From: Pirellulales bacterium
GTDB taxonomy: Bacteria > Planctomycetota > Planctomycetia > Pirellulales > PALSA-1355
DNA: 64,000 nucleotides
Assembly (NCBI GenBank): GCA_963733035.1
Contig: CAVTBU010000005.1
Location: 1,088,001-1,152,000, forward strand
Direction: 5' to 3'
Position 1 is the stretch's first letter. Each line of letters opens with the position of its first letter. The notes beneath the pieces were generated by a model that worked only from the letters and a program-made list of their open reading frames with translations, searched no databases and was not told where the DNA came from. The position numbers and the translations under genes were made by a program. Shown piece by piece: positions 41,592 to 51,657 of the stretch.

Positions 41592-43535
41592 ATGAATCCG
41601 CAAACCCAAGCCGAGCGGCACGGTGCGGCCGCCGACGATCAGGACCAGGACAACAAGGCATCCTTCGCCGAAACAGCGCTGAAGTTAGGCGGCAAGAGTG
41701 ACGACGAAGCCCGCCGGATGGGAGCCGTCGACAAGGCCGATGACCAGGTCGAGGAATTGTTCGCCAAGCGATTCCAGACGACCAACAGCCCGGTCCATCG
41801 AGCCATTTGGGACGGCGAAGTGCCGGTCGAACTGTTCCAAAGCAAGCAAGTCGCGCCGCCGGCCGAAGTGCAGCGCGTGATGGACGACTCGCTGAGCGTG
41901 ATGCGCAAGCACGTGGAAGCCGGCACGAACCTTGATGAGAATCGCAAGGTGCCGCAGCACGTTCTCGACGAACTAGGCGAGGCTGGCTACTGGGGTCTGT
42001 TGGTTGGCAAGGAATACGGCGGTGCGGGTTCGCCGTTCGCCGCGTTTGCAGGCTTTCTGACCAAGATGGCAATGGTCGACGCGACGGTTGCCGGCCTGGC
42101 CTCGGTTCACGGTTGTATTGGTGCCGTTGATCCGGTCCGCACCTTTGGCAGTGCTGAGCAAAAGCAAAAGTTTCTGCCCGACCTGGCCAGCGGCAAGCGC
42201 TTGAGCGCGTTCGCATTGACCGAACCGGGCGCCGGCTCGGACCTGACGGCACTGAAGACCGAAGCCGTGTTGGACGGCAACGAATACGTCGTCAACGGCG
42301 AAAAACTGTTCATCACGAACGTCGTTCCCGGACGGACGATTGGCCTGGTCTGTTTGATCAAAAACCGACCGGCGGTGCTGGTGGTCGACCTGCCGAAGGA
42401 AGAGAACGAGCAGTTCCAACTGCGAAAGTACGGCCTGTATGCCCTCAAGCACACGTACAATCAAGGGATCATTTTCAAAGACCTCCGCGTGCCGGCCGAG
42501 AATTTGTTGACGCCGACCCGCGGCGACGGGTTGACCATCGCCTACCACGGGCTGAACCTGGGCCGGATTTCGCTGTGTGCCAATGCCGCCGGCACGATGC
42601 GGATGATGATGGCCAGCATGATCCCGTGGGCGCAATACCGAAAGACCTACGGCGCCCCGATTGCTACCCGCGAACTGGTGCAACGGCGGTTGGGCAAGAT
42701 CGCCGGCCTGATCGTGGCCTGCGACGCGCTCGTGCAATGGGGCGGCAATCTGATCGACGAAGGCTACCGCGGCGAAATGGAGTGCGTGATCGCCAAGGTC
42801 TTTGGTAGCGAGGCTCAGAAAGAAGCGTCGATCGAGCTGTTGATGAAGACCCACGGCGGCCGCTCGTTCTTGCATGGCCACATTTTTGGCGACAACGTGC
42901 ACGAGTATCTGGCCCCCTGCATCTACGAGGGCGAAGGCGAAATGCTTTCGATGGCCTTCTTCAAATCGCTGGTCAAACAGCACGGTACGCAGTTCTTCGA
43001 ACCGGTTGGCAAGGCCCTGCAAGCCAACAAGATCAAGAAACCGAACCTGGCCAATCCGGCTCACTTGTGGGCGCTCAAGGGGGTGTTCGCCCCGTACGCC
43101 AAATGGCTGGCCGGGCAATACTTGAAGCCGAAGCCGCGAACAACGCTGCCGAGCATGCCAGAGAGCCTGCGCCGCCACGCGGAGTTCGCCTCCAGCTTCC
43201 TGCAGCGGTCGCCTCGGGAAATCTCGGGCACGATGAGCAAGCATCAGTTGGGCCTGGCCGACCGCCAGTGCCGGATGTCGGAACTCTCGCAGCGTTTGCA
43301 AGACGCCGTGACCATCCTCTGCACGTCGCTGTACGCGGCCAGGCAAAACGACGAGGTCATTCGCCAGGCGGCCGACGTGTTCTGCCAGGATCTGACTCGC
43401 AAGCTCACCGGCGAGCGCCCGTCGGATCGCTACTTCCGTACGATCACCAAGCTTGGCGAAACGATCGCCGACGGCGGATTCAAGAGCATCCAAGGCGTCC
43501 ACGCCGGCGAAATCATGATGCAGTACGACAGTTAG
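41592..43535 (+). CDS. Acyl-CoA dehydrogenase
   Basis: EYGGAG, FALTEPGAGSD, NGEKLFITN, HGGRSF, IYEGE. Confidence 0.92.
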   Translation: MNPQTQAERHGAAADDQDQDNKASFAETALKLGGKSDDEARRMGAVDKADDQVEELFAKRFQTTNSPVHRAIWDGEVPVELFQSKQVAPPAEVQRVMDDSLSVMRKHVEAGTNLDENRKVPQHVLDELGEAGYWGLLVGKEYGGAGSPFAAFAGFLTKMAMVDATVAGLASVHGCIGAVDPVRTFGSAEQKQKFLPDLASGKRLSAFALTEPGAGSDLTALKTEAVLDGNEYVVNGEKLFITNVVPGRTIGLVCLIKNRPAVLVVDLPKEENEQFQLRKYGLYALKHTYNQGIIFKDLRVPAENLLTPTRGDGLTIAYHGLNLGRISLCANAAGTMRMMMASMIPWAQYRKTYGAPIATRELVQRRLGKIAGLIVACDALVQWGGNLIDEGYRGEMECVIAKVFGSEAQKEASIELLMKTHGGRSFLHGHIFGDNVHEYLAPCIYEGEGEMLSMAFFKSLVKQHGTQFFEPVGKALQANKIKKPNLANPAHLWALKGVFAPYAKWLAGQYLKPKPRTTLPSMPESLRRHAEFASSFLQRSPREISGTMSKHQLGLADRQCRMSELSQRLQDAVTILCTSLYAARQNDEVIRQAADVFCQDLTRKLTGERPSDRYFRTITKLGETIADGGFKSIQGVHAGEIMMQYDS

Positions 43536-43614
43536 CAAGTTGCGACGCGTTTGCGCTTAGGCCTGGGGAATACCTGCCCAAGGTTCGTCCTGTCGTAAGT
43601 GCTAGGAAACTCGA

Positions 43615-43658
43615 GCCGGGGGTGAAGCCCCAGAAGCTTCACCCCCGGTTTCCATTTT
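43615..43658 (+). terminator. Probable terminator
   Basis: 13-bp stem CCGGGGGTGAAGC/GCTTCACCCCCGG followed by TTTCCATTTT. Confidence 0.65.
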
Positions 43659-43790
43659 CCAACACTTTGGGCCGGGCATCGGCCAAACCGAGGCCAACTT
43701 GACGCCCTGCGACGAAATTCGACAATGAACCGTCGCACGTAATTTGGAGCGAGCGCAACGGCCTTAAATCGTCTGCAAAGGACTCTAGCG

Positions 43791-44532
43791 GTGGCAAAGT
43801 TCGCGGTCATCCTGCCGGCGGCTGGCCGAAGCAGCCGCTTTCACGACAAGAACTACAAGAAACCATTCGCGCCGCTGGCCAATAAGCCGGTGTGGTTGCA
43901 TTCGGCCGAGAAGTTCGTCAATCGCGCGGACGTAAAGCAAATCATGGTCGTCGTCTCGCCGGAGGATATGGAATATTTCCAGTTCAAATTCGCGGCCAAC
44001 ACAACCATCCTGGGCATCGACGTCGTCGAGGGAGGCGCGGAGCGGGCCGATTCGGTTTCGAAGGCACTGGCCCGCGTCAAGCCCGACATGGATTACGTGT
44101 GCATTCACGACGCCGCCCGTCCCTGTCTGGCCGACGAATGGATTACGGCCGTGTTCGAAGCGGCAGAGAAATCGGGCGCGGCGATTCTGCGCGATTCCGG
44201 TCGCTGGCACGCTCAAACGGGTGGGCCCGGATCACAAGATTCAGGAGACCGTTTCTCGAGTCGGTCTCTGGGAAGCTCAGACTCCGCAGGTATTCGCCCG
44301 TCAGCTGCTGCTGGAAGCCCATGCCAAGCGGGGCGACTTTCCGGCCACGGACGACGCTCAACTCGTCGAACGCATTGGCCAGGCGGTGACGGTCGTGCCC
44401 GGCTCGACGATCAACTTGAAGATCGCCACGCGCGAGGACTTGCGGCTGGCCGAACATGCGCTCAAAGCGCTGCCCAAGCCGAAGCTGAAGGGTAGCGGTC
44501 ACCCGTTTGCCGACGACGACATGTGGCGATAG
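43791..44532 (+). CDS. ispD: 2-C-methyl-D-erythritol 4-phosphate cytidylyltransferase; frameshift at ~44189
   Basis: PAAGRSSRF, GGAERADSV, IHDAARP; QTPQVF, TDDAQLVE, NLKIAT in the second frame. Confidence 0.9.
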
Positions 44533-44576
44533 GTCCGCGGGTCCGACAGATCTGCGTCCCCAGGAAAGGACACCCC

Positions 44577-45857
44577 TTGAACGACATCCTTGCCGAGCTG
44601 ACTTGGCGCGGTCTGATTCATCAGACGACCGACGAAAAACTGCAGGACTGGCTAAACGCCTCACCCCGCACGATTTATGCAGGCTTCGATCCGACGGCCG
44701 ACAGCCTGCACGTGGGGCACTTGATGGGACTGATGGTGCTCAGACGCTTTCAACGCGCGGGGCATCGACCCATCGCCCTGATCGGCGGAGCCACCGGCAT
44801 GATCGGCGATCCCAGCGGCAAAAGCGAGGAACGCAACCTGCTTTCGGTCGATGAGTTGCACGCCAACGTGGCCGCAATCGAGCTGCAGATGCGCAACCTG
44901 CTCGACTTTGACGCGTCACAGATTGGCGGCATCCTGGCCAACAATTTCGACTGGATGAGCCGCTTCGGCTACCTCGAATTCTTGCGCGACATCGGCAAGA
45001 ACTTTCCGGTCAACGTGATGCTGGCCAAGGACTCGGTCAAGAGCCGGCTTGGGCGCGACGATACCGGTTTGAGCTACACCGAGTTTAGCTACATGCTGCT
45101 GCAGGCGTATGACTTCGTTCGCCTGCACGACACGTTCGGATGCGATTTGCAGGTGGGCGGCAGCGACCAGTGGGGAAATATCACGGCCGGTATCGACCTG
45201 GCCCGGCGGATGAAGGGTGTGCAATTGTATGGCCTCACCTGGCCGTTGTTGACCAAGAGCGATGGCAACAAGATGGGCAAGACCGAGAGCGGCGCCGTCT
45301 GGCTTTCGGCCGAGCGTACGAGCCCTTACGCCTTCTATCAGTATTGGATCAACGTTGACGACGCCGACGCCGGAAAATGTCTGCGATTTCTCACCGAATT
45401 GAGCCGCGAGGAAGTCGAGTCGCTGGACGCCGCGCGGGCCGAAAACCCCGGGCAGCGAGAGAGTCAGCGGCGGCTGGCCGAGGCGCTGACTCGCATGATT
45501 CACGGCGACGACGGATTGGCAACGGCCCGGCGAGCCACGGAGATCTTTTTCGGTGCCGAGATCGCCGAGTTGTCGGACGTTCAGCTCGGCGAGATCTTCG
45601 CCGACGTGCCTAGCTGTGAACTGCCGAGAACTCGTCTCGACGGCGACGGCCTGCTGATGGTCGATGCGCTGGTGGAAGCCGGCCTGGCCAAAAGTAAGAG
45701 CGAAGCCCGCCGAACGGTCGACCAGGGAGGCGCGTACGTCAACAACCGCCGCGTCGATGGCCCCGACACCAGGCTCACCGTAACGGACCTGGCCAGCGAA
45801 ACCGTGTTGGTTCTCCGTAGCGGCAAGAAGAAATACGCGTTGCTGCGATTCGCGTAG
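44577..45857 (+). CDS. tyrS: Tyrosine-tRNA ligase
   Basis: GFDPTADSLHVGH, QVGGSDQWGNI, KMGKT, S4-like C-terminus. Confidence 0.97.
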   Translation: MNDILAELTWRGLIHQTTDEKLQDWLNASPRTIYAGFDPTADSLHVGHLMGLMVLRRFQRAGHRPIALIGGATGMIGDPSGKSEERNLLSVDELHANVAAIELQMRNLLDFDASQIGGILANNFDWMSRFGYLEFLRDIGKNFPVNVMLAKDSVKSRLGRDDTGLSYTEFSYMLLQAYDFVRLHDTFGCDLQVGGSDQWGNITAGIDLARRMKGVQLYGLTWPLLTKSDGNKMGKTESGAVWLSAERTSPYAFYQYWINVDDADAGKCLRFLTELSREEVESLDAARAENPGQRESQRRLAEALTRMIHGDDGLATARRATEIFFGAEIAELSDVQLGEIFADVPSCELPRTRLDGDGLLMVDALVEAGLAKSKSEARRTVDQGGAYVNNRRVDGPDTRLTVTDLASETVLVLRSGKKKYALLRFA

Positions 45858-45876
45858 GAATCAGAAGCCGCGCGCG

Positions 45877-46281
45877 CTACGGTCGCTTCTCCGCACCTTG
45901 AGGCGGATACGATTGCTGCTTCGCAAACGCGCCTCGGGCCGCGATCATAAGTGCCCCAAACAACAGCGAGCTGAACAGGATCGCCGCCCCCAAGAGCATT
46001 TGGAAGTGGTCGCGCATGAGCACCAGCGCCGGCGGCTCGGTCGACTTTGGCGGACGCCGGCGCACCGGCAAATCGTTGCTCTGATTTGGCTCCGACTTGC
46101 GCCAAGCCTCCCAATCGGCCTGTGCCTGGTCCGTGCCCATGGTGGTCAGTGCCGCTTGACGGGCTTGAAACATCGCGACAACAACCGTGACCAGTATCAG
46201 GACATAGGCGACCAACCAGGCCCAACTGCCACGGCTGCGAAGTGTTCTTGTGGTCGGACCTGCGTGGTTTTCGGTCGTCAT
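45877..46281 (-). CDS. Hypothetical membrane protein (2 TM)
   Basis: Overlaps the upstream gene's stop (ATGA); two hydrophobic segments. Confidence 0.7.
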   Translation of the reverse strand: MTTENHAGPTTRTLRSRGSWAWLVAYVLILVTVVVAMFQARQAALTTMGTDQAQADWEAWRKSEPNQSNDLPVRRRPPKSTEPPALVLMRDHFQMLLGAAILFSSLLFGALMIAARGAFAKQQSYPPQGAEKRP

Positions 46282-47585
46282 TTCTGCGGCGGCAATAAGT
46301 CGAGCACGGCGGTGGTCATGGCCGTAATGCCCGTTTGCAGTGTGGGTTCTGGATCGGGATAGTAGACCGCCGAATGGAGCGAGGGAACGGCCCCGGTGCG
46401 CTGATAGCCGGCTAGTCGCTGCGGCTCGACCGATCCGAGTCGGAACATGAAGATCGGCACACCGGCCCGACCGTAACGGCTGAAGTCCTCGCCCCCCATG
46501 GCCGGCTCGGCCAGTACCACATTTTCCGCCCCGATGGCTTTCTTAAGCGACGGCAGCACACGTTCGACCAGTTTCTCGTCGTTGAACAGCGCTGGTGTAA
46601 ATTCCTCCTCGCGCACCTTGACGGTGGGCTTGGGGGCGTTGGCTCCTTGAGCAACGGCTTCCGCCTTGCGACGGATTCCATCCAAGAGTGATCTGCGGAC
46701 TTCGTCGCTGTAGCTCCGCACGGTGAGCTGCAAGTGACAGTCGTCGGGAATGACGTTGTGCTTTGTGCCACCATGGATTGAACCGACCGTCACCACGCCC
46801 GGCGTCACCGGATCCAGTTCGCGACTCACCAGGGTTTGCAGTGAGACGATCAATTGAGCGGCTTGGACAATGGGGTCGATGGTGCTGTGCGGCGACGCGC
46901 CGTGTCCGCCACGACCGTGCATGGTAATGTCCACGCTGTCGACGTTGGCCAACGTGTAACCCGGGCGATAGGCAATCTTGCCGGCGGCCAGCGTGGCATC
47001 GACGTGCAGAGCCAGCGCCATGTCGGGCTTGGGAAATTTTTCGAACAGCCCTTCGGCCAGCATGCGCCGCGCCCCCTCGCCCCGCTCTTCGGCCGGTTGA
47101 CCGACGAACAGGATCGTGCCCGACCAATCGCTTTTGTGGCTCGCCAGATACTGGGCCACGCCGATCAAATTCGTGATGTGGATGTCGTGACCGCAAGCAT
47201 GCATCACTCCGGTCTGCGTGCCGTCGGCGTTCACGACCTTGACTTGCGAGCCGTAGACCAATCCGGTGTTCTCCGTGACGGGCAGCGCATCGAGGTCGGT
47301 ACGCAGCATCAACGTTGGACCGGGGCCGTTCTTCAGGATGCCGACCACGCCATGGCCACCGACACCGGAGTGCACTTCGCAGCCGGCTTGTTTGAGGAAG
47401 TTGGCAAGTTTCGCCGCCGTCTCCTCTTCGCGATTCGAAAGTTCCGGAGAGCGATGATAGTCGCAATACACGTCGACCAACTCGGGGAGATGCGACTTCG
47501 CCCATTCTGCGGGTGAGCCGGCCCACGCCGCTTGGCATGCAGCGACCACCAACCATCCCCAGGCGACTAGCGAGCAACGGAGCAT
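46278..47585 (-). CDS. M20 family amidohydrolase (exported)
   Basis: RTDLDALP, MHACGHDIH, QPAEE, GGHGASPH, GGEDF. Confidence 0.9.
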   Translation of the reverse strand: MLRCSLVAWGWLVVAACQAAWAGSPAEWAKSHLPELVDVYCDYHRSPELSNREEETAAKLANFLKQAGCEVHSGVGGHGVVGILKNGPGPTLMLRTDLDALPVTENTGLVYGSQVKVVNADGTQTGVMHACGHDIHITNLIGVAQYLASHKSDWSGTILFVGQPAEERGEGARRMLAEGLFEKFPKPDMALALHVDATLAAGKIAYRPGYTLANVDSVDITMHGRGGHGASPHSTIDPIVQAAQLIVSLQTLVSRELDPVTPGVVTVGSIHGGTKHNVIPDDCHLQLTVRSYSDEVRRSLLDGIRRKAEAVAQGANAPKPTVKVREEEFTPALFNDEKLVERVLPSLKKAIGAENVVLAEPAMGGEDFSRYGRAGVPIFMFRLGSVEPQRLAGYQRTGAVPSLHSAVYYPDPEPTLQTGITAMTTAVLDLLPPQK

Positions 47586-47658
47586 GAGTTACCCTCCCGC
47601 AATGCGATCGATGGTGCAAAGCCCTGGCTGCGCCGCGAGGCGGCGCCCGCCGGTAATT

Positions 47659-48330
47659 CTACATTACGGTGGCAGGAGAATCAGGCGGCGCCGGGCGTCC
47701 CAGCCCGTATTCAGGCCATTTGCCGTCGATGAGGATTCGCTCGACCAACGGCAATAGTTCCGCAACCGCCCGCGTGCGGTGGCTGAGCACGGCTTTGACC
47801 GCCTCTCCGAGTTCGCCGAACGTGCGGTGATATTCCACCACTTCGAAGAGCGGATCATAACCAAAGCCGGCACTGCCGGACGGCTCGAGGCGAATTCGTC
47901 CCCGGCAAACACCGCCGCCTTCGGCACGGATGGTTCCCTGCGGGTCCGAGAGAGCCAAACGGCAGGTGTAGTATGCCGTGCGTCGCGAGAGTGGCGTGTC
48001 GCCCAACTCCTCGAGCAACCGGTTGTTGTTACGCTCGTCGGTTGCGCCGACACCAGCGTAGCGAGCCGAGAAGACCCCTGGCCTTCCGTCGAGCATGTCG
48101 ATCGAAATGCCGCTGTCCTCGCCCAATGTCCAAGCTCGCAGTTGTCGAGCCTGCTGTCGGGCTTTTAGACATGCATTGGCCGCGAAGGTGTCGCCCGTCT
48201 CTTCAACTTCCAGTGCGTTTCGATAGTCGGCCAGGGCCGTGATTCGCAGAGGCAGCGGGGAGAGCAAGTCGACGAGCTCGCGCACCTTGCCGCGGTTGTG
48301 GGTGCCCAAAACCAGCACATCGTCCGCCAT
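47659..48330 (-). CDS. rdgB: Non-canonical purine NTP pyrophosphatase
   Basis: THNRGKVRE, EETGDTF..NA..KA, EDSG, PGVFSARY, GFGYDPLF, SHR. Confidence 0.93.
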   Translation of the reverse strand: MADDVLVLGTHNRGKVRELVDLLSPLPLRITALADYRNALEVEETGDTFAANACLKARQQARQLRAWTLGEDSGISIDMLDGRPGVFSARYAGVGATDERNNNRLLEELGDTPLSRRTAYYTCRLALSDPQGTIRAEGGGVCRGRIRLEPSGSAGFGYDPLFEVVEYHRTFGELGEAVKAVLSHRTRAVAELLPLVERILIDGKWPEYGLGRPAPPDSPATVM

Positions 48331-48405
48331 ACCGTTCGTACCCAGCCAATAGGCGATGCTTACGGGAAAGCGAGCATCGTAGCCGGCATGGACGGTTGGC
48401 CGCAA

Positions 48406-49536
48406 CTACCGCGCGGCCGTGTGATCGTAGGCGTTGCTAATGCCCATCCGCGGCACTTCGACCGGCACGGGTGAAATGTCGAAGGGAATGCCGGCCAGCT
48501 TCTTCGGTTGGCCTACCTGGGGTGGTTTGCCAGGCTCGATTGTCGTTTCGGCGCCGAAGGTCTTCATGACGGAGTGGACCGCGGGGTTGATCTCAATCTT
48601 GCCATCCGGGCGTTTGGTTCCCACGGAATTAAACGAGCCGACCGTCACGATGCTCGAATGCCGATCGTGAAACTCGTAGGCGGGGTAGCCCTTCTTGCAG
48701 AGCGCCTCGGTTAGAATGTGGGCGTTCTTGGCGGCTTCTTCCAGGAAGCTTTTGGGCATCTCGCCGCGGTCGATGGCATCCTGTCGCTTCTTGTCCAAGA
48801 TGATCGAATGCCCGGTAAACGTGGCGACCTTGACGGTGTAGGCGCCGGGGCAGTCGAGCAAGCTGTGCGGTACGCCGCTGTTCATTTCCACGACAAGTCT
48901 GTCGACGCCGTTCGGCACAAAGTATTCCGGAGGCAAAATCGGATTCGTGATCACGAACGCATTCGCCATCGGACCATTTGGTCCGTCATCCTTAAACAGG
49001 GCCTGCTTGGCTTTCTTTTGCAGATTGCGGTACGTTGCCAACGCCTGATTGGACTGCTCGGGATCAACTTGCAGTGTTTTTGGTGAAGCGCGTTTGAGCT
49101 TCTTGAGCACCTTCTGAACTTCCGGATCGTCCACGGTCTGAAAGTCGCCTACCAAGACGGCGATTTCGACGACGTCGTCGTCGCGGCGATAACGCATTAG
49201 CGGAGCTTCGCCCTTGGGGTTGAGACCTTTGCCCCGCACCGGCTTCGAGTACTCGAAGGTTTTGCGGTAGGAGTAGGCCGGCAACTTGAAGTCCGAGCGA
49301 AGCTCGTGAATCAACTTCTGCGCCTGGTCCTCGGCTCCGTCGCCAGAAAAGCTTGCCGCCATGATCATCCAGGGCCCGTTCGTGTCGGTAATTGGATAAA
49401 GTTGGTCGGGATCGGCCGACAAATGCCGAAACAAAACCAACTTGCTCCACGGCGGTGCCGCCTTGGCGCGGCCGGGACCGGCCACCGCCAGCAGGGTGCT
49501 GAGAACGACGAGCCACGAAAAGGATCTGGCTTGCAT
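48406..49536 (-). CDS. Secreted hypothetical protein with two SPOR-like modules
   Basis: Signal peptide; WMIMAASF..AQKLIHELR..PAY..VLVGDF and YTVKVATF..AHILTEAL..GYPAY..VTVGSF. Confidence 0.6.
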   Translation of the reverse strand: MQARSFSWLVVLSTLLAVAGPGRAKAAPPWSKLVLFRHLSADPDQLYPITDTNGPWMIMAASFSGDGAEDQAQKLIHELRSDFKLPAYSYRKTFEYSKPVRGKGLNPKGEAPLMRYRRDDDVVEIAVLVGDFQTVDDPEVQKVLKKLKRASPKTLQVDPEQSNQALATYRNLQKKAKQALFKDDGPNGPMANAFVITNPILPPEYFVPNGVDRLVVEMNSGVPHSLLDCPGAYTVKVATFTGHSIILDKKRQDAIDRGEMPKSFLEEAAKNAHILTEALCKKGYPAYEFHDRHSSIVTVGSFNSVGTKRPDGKIEINPAVHSVMKTFGAETTIEPGKPPQVGQPKKLAGIPFDISPVPVEVPRMGISNAYDHTAAR

Positions 49537-49736
49537 AACCACTCCCTGGCAACTTGCACGCGCAGGCATCCCGCCCGAGCGTTGTGCGAAAACTGCAATG
49601 CGATGTGAAACGAACCGACCGGCCTCGAAAGACACGAGACGCCGTGGATGTGAGGGCGGGAGTCTAGCAAACGCGCCGGGGCGTCGCCAGACGGGATTCA
49701 CAGTTCCGGACCGAACCGTTGCCAGCAGTCGCTAAG

Positions 49737-51010
49737 TCAAGACGACGACTGCGCTTGGATCATTCCGTCGACCACCGACCCGGCCGTCAGCCCAACCAAT
49801 TGGCCAACCAGGTCGGTGCCGCCCATCAACGATACGGGCGCGTAGCGACAGGCGGTGCCGACCAGTCCCGGGGGACTGCTTGCCGCGGATTCGACCAATA
49901 CTTCGAGTTGTCTGCCAAGCAGGCTGGAAAAATAGCGCTGGCGGAGCCGCGACTCGACCTCGGCCAGTGCGCGAACCCGTCCGGATTTCACGTCAGGAGC
50001 AACCTGATCGGTCATTTCCGCGGCTGGCGTGCCGCGCCGGGCGTGAAGGGGAAGATATGAATCTTCGAGAAGCCGACCTCTTCACAGACCGCGCAGGTGT
50101 CATCAAAGTCGCGCTGCGTTTCACCAGGAAAGCCCACGATCACGTCGGTCGTCAACGCCGGGGCGTCCAGCGCCTCTTTGACGAGCTGGCAGCGGTCCAG
50201 AAACCGCTGGCGACCCCAGCGGCGTCGCATCCGGCGTAGCACATCGTCCGAACCGCTTTGCATTGAAACATGCAGGTGAGGACAGATACGCGCTGGATTG
50301 GCCGCCATCACGGCGATGAGTTTGCGCGTGACTTCCGTGGCTTCGATGCTGCTTAGCCGGAGGCGAAATTGTCCGGGCAAGCCGACAAGACGCTCGAGCA
50401 GATGCGAAAGTCGACACCAATCGCCTTTTGATCGGCCACGACTCCATTCGACGCCGTAGTGGCCCAGATGGATTCCGGTGAGCACGACTTCGCGATAACC
50501 GCCGGCGACCAGGCGGCGGACTTCGTCTTCGATGTGCTCGACCGGTCGACTTGCTAAATGCGGCCTGACGCTGGGAATAATGCAAAAGCTGCAGTTGAGC
50601 AGGCAGCCATCCTGAACCTTGACGTATGCCCGCTGGCGGCCGCCGAAGCCGGAAATGCCCGTCGGAACATCGGCCACGCCCCAGCGACCAAGCCAATCGG
50701 GCAGCTCGCGTTTATCGGTAATGACCTCGGTGACGGCCGGCAAGGCGGCTACTTCGTCGGGCGCTCGCGTGGCATAGCAGCCCATCACGACAATTCGCGT
50801 GCCGGGATTGCGTCGTGCCAGTTGACGGATGACCTGGCGACTTTTGGAATCCCCTTCCGCGGTCACGGTGCAGGTGTTGACGATGCAGAGTTCGGCCGTT
50901 TCGCCGTCGTCGACATCGCGATATCCGGCCGTGGCGAGCGACTGGCGCACCAGTTCGGTTTCGTACTGGTTTACCTTGCAGCCGAGAGTGACGGTGCGGA
51001 GCGTGGTCAT
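49737..51010 (-). CDS. mtaB: tRNA t6A37 methylthiotransferase; frameshift at ~50043
   Basis: TLGCKVNQYE, NTCTVT, KVQDGCLLNCSFC, DVIVGFPGET, IHIFPF. Confidence 0.9.
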
Positions 51011-51129
51011 GTTTCGCAAAATGCAGGGAACGAATGGCAGGGATTCAGCGTAGGAACTACCGCCCGAACACGCAACCGGGTGATAAAGCGCCAGAGGCTA
51101 AAACCGTCGTGGTGGTCGCAACGGCGCCA

Positions 51130-51489
51130 CTACTCAGGCAGCGGCTCGATGCTGGCCGACATCGAACCCTGGCAAGTGGCAATCAACGGGTCCTTGCCAA
51201 AGGCATGGATTTGATCGCGCTTCAATTCCGCGTGCTCCTTGGTCGTCGTGAGCACGATCGCCCGGCCGCGACCGTCGACTTCCTGGGCGATTTGCATCCC
51301 CTTCTCGACCGGATGGCCGAATAGCTTTTGCATCATGGCCACGACGTATTCCGGTGTATGGTCCTGATCGTCCCACAGGATCACGTTGTAACGCGGCTGA
51401 CGCTTTGGTTTCTTCTTGCGATCATCGCGTGGTTTGACGGCGGTCTGCTCGACGGGTTCGGCAACGCCGCTGGTCGATTGCTCTGCCAC
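51130..51489 (-). CDS. clpS: ATP-dependent Clp protease adaptor
   Basis: YNVILWDDQDHT.EYVV, VDGRGRAIV, EHAELK. Confidence 0.9.
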   Translation of the reverse strand: MAEQSTSGVAEPVEQTAVKPRDDRKKKPKRQPRYNVILWDDQDHTPEYVVAMMQKLFGHPVEKGMQIAQEVDGRGRAIVLTTTKEHAELKRDQIHAFGKDPLIATCQGSMSASIEPLPE

Positions 51490-51657
51490 GGTTCCGTACC
51501 TCGCTCAACTAGCCGCCGGCCGATTTCTCGAGCCACGATAGCCGAATCGGCCCGGAGCCATTATATTGCAGGGCCGCCAAGAGGGCGAGTGAAACGGAAA
51601 GCGGGGTGGCGGCAGGAGTTGAGCGCTGCCGGCAGGATCGCACGCGGGAGTGCAAGC

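Noticed and set aside
38374..43538. Long antisense ORFs opposite the fad genes (similarly 25763..27271 and 56799..58613)
   Set aside because: Typical high-GC shadow ORFs opposite well-supported genes
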